Positions 58,201 to 64,000 of a stretch of DNA of 64,000 bases are shown here, one piece after another. The position numbers were made by a program, and so were the translations under genes. The DNA lies in contig CP110440.1 of the NCBI GenBank assembly GCA_026914245.1, positions 992,001 through 1,056,000 of the forward strand, given 5' to 3'. Position 1 is the stretch's first letter. Each line of letters opens with the position of its first letter. This DNA is from Puccinia triticina (taxonomy: Eukaryota). The notes under the pieces were generated by a model. That model was given only the letters and a program-made list of their open reading frames with translations. It was not told the DNA's origin and ran no database searches.

Positions 58201-61200
58201 TCTAAGTTTATTAAAGACAGACAATCAAGAAAACAAAAATCAAGGGTTTCCCCTACAAAATAAAAAAAATAAAAATAAAAACAGCCAAAGCAAAAACACC
58301 CAGCCCAATACCCATCCTCTTCTAGAGACGGTGCAAGTATTGGGCAGATGACCCCCAGCGCGCCGCATTTAAGGCAATTGCAAAGGGAAGCCACCAAGAA
58401 TTAACCCCTCAAACTGTGCAAGTGCAACAGCGGAGGGGGTTGAGGACAAACCGCCAGCTGGAAGTGCAGCAGCAGAGGATGTCCTGGGGATATTCGTACT
58501 CGTATCAGCTCCTCCTTTATATGCAGATCCCACTGCCACTATTTGTCCAGGCTAGAACAGACAGGACCAGACCCTCCTTGGCCTTGACAACACAGCCACA
58601 GCCACAATGCTACCACCTACAGTTGCCTCAACTACTCGCCTCTCCCCTTCGCGGCCTTGGCAACACATCAAACAACACCCGCAAAAAGAACAGACGTAAG
58701 CAGCCACAACAAGCGTCCAATAACCCGACCCAGGACGCCCACCACCATCAGCAGCAAAATCTAAAGGACACCCTCTCAGATCATTCAGACCCCCAAACAA
58801 GCACCGATGAAGACGAGCTAAAAGCTCCTAATGAGATTCCTTTGAGCAACCTGGCCAAGGGCGGGCCCTCCAGAACTTCTTTGTGGCCACATCAACACAC
58901 TGGATGATACGACTAAAGATTTGATCTGGAGGACACCTTGCGGAGGTTTCAAATCTATCTTTGGTACGAGTGAGCCACCCCGCACTCACACATCCAGCGA
59001 GCCTAGCGATGAGGATAACTGTGTGGAACTCAAGCCCTCTGAATGAGAGAAACAGTACTTGAGCCAGATCAAGGTCGGAAACAGCCGCCACAAGCACCAG
59101 CTCGGCGGCTGCCTCGCCGCCCTTGCCAACACCCTTGTCCTCCCCCTCACGGCGAGAGCTGCTTCAGACCATCCCAGCTGGCGGCAGCGGCAGGAAACGG
59201 ATCTTCAATCACTGGCCTTGGCCCTCGAGGGCCATCCACCCGTCGCCGTCGCCGCTGCTGCTGCTACTGCCTCGATATCCTCAACAACCAGACCAGCCGA
59301 GTACCCACCAGAGCACATCTTCTCATCAACCAGCCCAGCAAAGCACCCACCAGGGCTCATTGAGGGTCATTCGGCGTCCATTCCGGCCAGATTGTCTACT
59401 CCGTTGCAGCCGTTGTCGCCGCCCCGGAGACGACCGCCGCCTCCAGCCCCCCTCCCGAGCCCGTGGTGGCGGAAGACGCTCCTACAGCCACCTACTCCCC
59501 AGCGCAATTGCTTGAATCCACATTGCCATTGCCTCTCAGCCCTGCCATCTTGGAGGCGTACAGCATCTGCACATGCAAGTTGTTGGAGGAGGAGCTCGGA
59601 CTGAGCGCCGCGTACGTCGAGGCCATCGACTGGCTCACCACCACTTTCAACAACCACACCACCTCCCCTGAGTCCCCAAACCCCGCCGTCCCTGAGCCCG
59701 TCTCGACCTCGCCCCCAGACAACAACGGAAGCTTGGCTGGGCCCCAACGCAAGCGCCACAAAGCAAATTCCAAGGACTTTGAGCTCATGTTTCAAAGTTA
59801 GTCAAGTTGGATTACACTGGAGATATTCAATACCCACTCTGCTTGTGTTTTCAATGATGAAACTCACTTATTTGTGTCTGTGTTTGACGTTAATTTATTT
59901 CAGGTGATTGAGGCAATGTGAAAAACACTCACCACTACCAAGAATGACAATCAGGAAGACAGTGACCAAAACATTGCCTGGTATTATCAACAAGCAGGAT
60001 AATTAGGAGCCAGTGACAATAATGGACATCCCAGTGATACCTTCCAATACTTTTCTGAATCCAGAGCTGCCTATCAGCAACACTGGGTCGCTACTCTAAC
60101 CATAGCGGTTAGCGTAGCGTAGCGCAGCGCGAATGCGCTATTCTTTAGCTTAGCGTTAGCGCAATTGCACGCATATGCGCTAACGCTACGCGCACGCGGT
60201 GCGCAGCTATTTTAGCTGATAGTAGCGCAGATGCGCGCAATTGCGCTAACGCTACGCATGCAGGGCGTAAAAGAGCGCGCGCTACGCTGCGCTACAGCGC
60301 CTTTAGCGGGAAAAAAGGGCTTTTTTGCGCGAAAAGCGCTGTGCGCAGCGCAGCGTAGCGACTGTAGCGGCGCGCTAACGCTAACAAAGAATTGGCCCGC
60401 TGTTAGCGCCGCTGAAAATTAGCGCAGCGTAGCGGCGCTAACAGCGCGCTAACGCTATGCAAAATAGATGGGCGCTTTTTGCCGCTACGCTAACGTGTAG
60501 CGCTGAAATAGCGTAGCAACCCAGTGTTGCTATCAGTATGGACTTATGAACTGTTGGGCAAAACTCTAATTTTTGATTCAGCTCCAAAACAAATGTGAAA
60601 AGGATGTTTCACTTCCTCCTTGTGGTGTATTTGATTGGTTCTATTCAAAACTAATTTGAAACATACCTCAAACAGATGCTACTTCCCCATTCTTCTATTA
60701 TTTTATCATCAGCCCTCATGGATGCTATATCAAGAAAATATTGACAGAATGGCAGGCAAACATTCCTCCAAGCTCCAATGACCCAAGCCTGACAAGAATT
60801 GAAAATAAAAAAAGGATTGCAATGGGACAATAATATTTGTGCTGTATTTGGGTGCAAAATTGATATCATCAGCATTGATTCTGGTTCCTTTGAGGGCCCA
60901 TAGGACACAGAATATTTTATGGATTTTCACAAGTACTACTATCATGGCAATAATATGAGGGTTTACATTGAGGAATCAATCCCTTTTCACTGCTAAAATA
61001 AACTTGATTTAAGTTTTCTTTCATAATAGGATGGATTGTAAGTTTAATCTGCATCTGATTAACTAAAACTGAACATTCCATTCAAGTCTAGGACTCAACA
61101 TGTGTCCTGATGGGTTAATCTCTTCCCTTAAATTATTCACAAAGCACTCAATGTGTTGAATCAAGTTTTCCAAGAATTCAATTTGGTTTATTTGAAAGGG

Positions 61201-61423
61201 GCTTTAGAAGCTAATCTCACAACCTCATTCTTTCCACCTGATTCTGAATGGATGAAATGTTGATTGATTGGGAGGGTGTAGTTCCTGGCCAAGCAAAGTA
61301 ATAGTTATTGGAAAGTGATTTTGGGATGCAGGCCTTGCTGGTAAGGGCTGGGAGCTGTCAAATGTTGCTGGACAAGCAACTAAGCCTTCCAATTTTCAGC
61401 GGCAAAGCCGCCTTGGCCTCTAG
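58201..61423 (+). mobile_element. Non-autonomous Helitron H3 inserted in the satellite
   Basis: Inserted precisely in GAAATA|TGGTTACC; starts TC, ends GCGGC-AAA-GCCGC...CTAG; no TSD. Confidence 0.9.
60078..60529. mobile_element. MITE with 7-bp TSD (P-like termini) nested in H3
   Basis: TIRs CAACACTGGGT(C/T)GCTAC; TSD CTATCAG on both sides; interior rich in TAGCG/CGCTA repeats. Confidence 0.75.
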
Positions 61424-63903
61424 TGGTTACCAAAATGTTGACAGGCCCCCAAAGATTCATTATGGACCTTAACTCACCACAAGACCCCCAAATGTAGCAG
61501 CTACAGTCTGATCAGTTCCCAAATATCACTACTTTGGTAGTTTCTTGGTGTTTCTGCCACTATATCTCATCCCAGCGGGGGAATCCTTCTGACATGTGGT
61601 TACCAAAATGTTGACAGGCCCCCAAAGATTTATCATGTACCTTTAGTCACCAGAAAACCACCAAATGTAGCAGCTACAGTCTGATGAGTTCCCACATATC
61701 ACTACTTTGGTAGTTTCTTGGTGTTTCTGCCACTATATCTCATCCCAGCGTGGGAATCCTTCTGACATATGGTTACCAAAATGTTGAAAGGCCCCCAAGG
61801 ATTCATTATGGAGCTTAAGTCACCACAAGACCCCCAAATGTAGCAGCTACAGTCTGATCAGTTCCCAAATATCACTACTTTGGTAGTTCCTTGGTGTTTC
61901 TGCCACTATATCTCATCCCAGCGTGGGAATCCTTCTGCCATATGGTTACCAAAATTCTTACAGGCCCTCAGGGATTCATTATGGACCTTAAGTCACCACA
62001 AAACCCCCAAGTGTAGCAGCTAAGGTCTGATCACTTCCCACATATCACTACTTTGGTAGTTTCTTGGTGTTTCAGCCACTATATCTCATCCCAGCGTGGG
62101 AATCCTTCTGACATATGGTTACCAAAATGTTGAAAGGTCCCCAAGGATTCATTATGGACCTTAAGTCACCACAAGACCCCCAAATGTAGCAGCTACAGTC
62201 TGATCAGTTCCCAAATATCACTACTTTGGTAGTTTCTTGGTGTTTCTGCCACTATATCTCATCCCAGCATGGGAATCCGTCTGCCATATGATTACCAAAA
62301 TGTTTAAAGGCCCCCAAAGATTCTTTATGTACCTTTTGTCACCACAAAACCACCAACTGTAGCAGCTACAGTCTGATCAGTCCCCAAACATCACTACTTT
62401 GGTAGTTTCTTGGTGTTTCTGCCACTATATCTCATCCCAGCGTGGGAATCCTTTTGCCATATGGTTACAAAGATGTTTAGGGGCCCCCAAGGATTCATTA
62501 TGGACCTTACGTCACCACAAGACCCCCAAATGTAGCAGCTACAGTCTGATCAGTTCCCAAATATCACTACTTTGGTAGTTTCTTGGTGTTTCTGCCACTA
62601 TATCTCATCCCAGCGTGGGAATCCGTCTGCCATATGGTTACCAAAATGTTGACAGGCCCCCAAAGATTTATTATGGACCTTAAGTCACCACAAGACCACC
62701 AAATGTAGCAGCTACAGTCTGATGAGTTCCCACATATCACTACTTGAGTAGTTTCTTGGTGTTTCTGCCACTATATCTCATCCCAGCGTGGGAATCCTTC
62801 TGACATGTGGTTACCAAAATGTTGACAGGCCCCCAAAGATTTATTATGTACCTTTAGTCACCAGAAAACCACCAAATGTAGCAGCTACAGTCTGATGAGT
62901 TCCCACATATCACTACTTTGGTAGTTTCTTGGTGTTTCTGCCACTATATCTCATCCCATTGTGGGAATCCTTCTGACATATGGTTACCAAAATGTTAAAA
63001 GGCCACCAAGGATTCATTATGGACCTTCAGTCACCACAAGACCCCCAAATGTAGCAGCTACAGTCTGATCAGTTCCCAAATATCACTACTTTGGTAGTTT
63101 CTTGGTGTTTCTGCCACTATATCTCATCCCAGTGTGGGAATCCTTCTGCCATATGGTTACCAAAATGTTGAAAGGCCCCCAAAGATTTATTATGGACCTT
63201 AATTCACCACAAGACCCCTAAATGTAGCAGCTACAGTCTGATCAGTTCCCAAATATCACTACTTTGGTAGTTTCTTGGTGTTTCTGCCACTTTATCTCAT
63301 CCCAGCGTGGGAATCCTTCTGCCATATGGTTACCAAAATTTTTACAGGCCCTCAAAGATTCATTATTTACCTTTACTGACCACAAAACCTCCAAATGTAG
63401 CAGCTAAAATCTGATCAGTTCCCAAATATAACAACTTTGGTAGTTTCTTGGTGTTTCTGCCACTATATCTCATCCCAGTGTGGGAATAATTCTGACATAT
63501 GGTTACCAAAATGTTGAAAGGACCCCAAAGATTCATTATGTACCTTTAGTCACCACAAAACCCCCAAATGTAGCAGCTGCAGTCTGATCAGTTCCCAAAT
63601 ATCACTACTTTGGTTGTTTCTTGGTGTTTCTGCCACTATATCCCATCTCAGTGTGGGAATCCTTCTGCCATATGATTACCGAAATGGTTGGAGGCCCCCA
63701 AGGATTCATTATGGACCTTAAGTCACCAGAAGACCCCCAAATGTAGCAGCTACAGTCTGATCAGTTCCCAAATATCACAACTTTGGTAGTTTCTTGGTGT
63801 TTCTGCCACTATATCTCATCCCAGCTGGAGGATCCTTCTGCCATATGGTTATCAAAATGTTAGCAGACCCCCAAAGATTCATTATGTACCTTTATTCACC
63901 ACA
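61424..63903 (+). repeat. 173-bp satellite, block 3 (~14 monomers)
   Basis: Same monomer, resuming in phase after H3. Confidence 0.97.
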
Positions 63904-64000
63904 TTTTTGAAATTAGTTTACCATGGTTTAGCATATTTTTGTCAGGTTCTTTTTTTTATCAACTTTTGTTGTCACTCACAGATTAATGAGGAATATTTCC

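Noticed and set aside
37559..63903. CRISPR array
   Set aside because: Whole 173-bp monomers repeat with no unique spacers, there are no cas genes, and the context is eukaryotic.

Overview
Eukaryotic, fungal DNA; the element families and intron signals look like a rust fungus (Pucciniales), which is an inference. It holds one intact host gene (5-exon SEC62, minus strand, 5997-7127). The rest is nested transposons, mostly resolvable by their target-site duplications (TSDs): three Helitrons, hAT, CACTA, Harbinger-like, mariner-like and P-like TIR elements, a DIRS/Ngaro-type retroelement, several LTR elements, and a 173-bp satellite of about 47 monomers. The most interesting signal is a Ty3/Gypsy-like LTR family with four members: A (decayed), B (intact, nested in A), C (Gag-only) and D (solo LTR). 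A, B and C carry a 51-nt primer-binding site matching mature tRNA-Tyr from CCA76 back to G26. All four have 4-bp TSDs centred on CpG, three have TG...TA ends, and A and B have a -1 frameshift after the protease. Two RNA-level motifs are repeated in A and B and kept by the pol-less C. Also notable: a Copia-type mini-element with a whole tRNA-like gene in each LTR, a gag-less Gypsy element with oligo-T in place of a PBS, and host gene fragments (proteasome beta-6, a CNH domain) captured by DNA transposons. Coordinates were read by eye.
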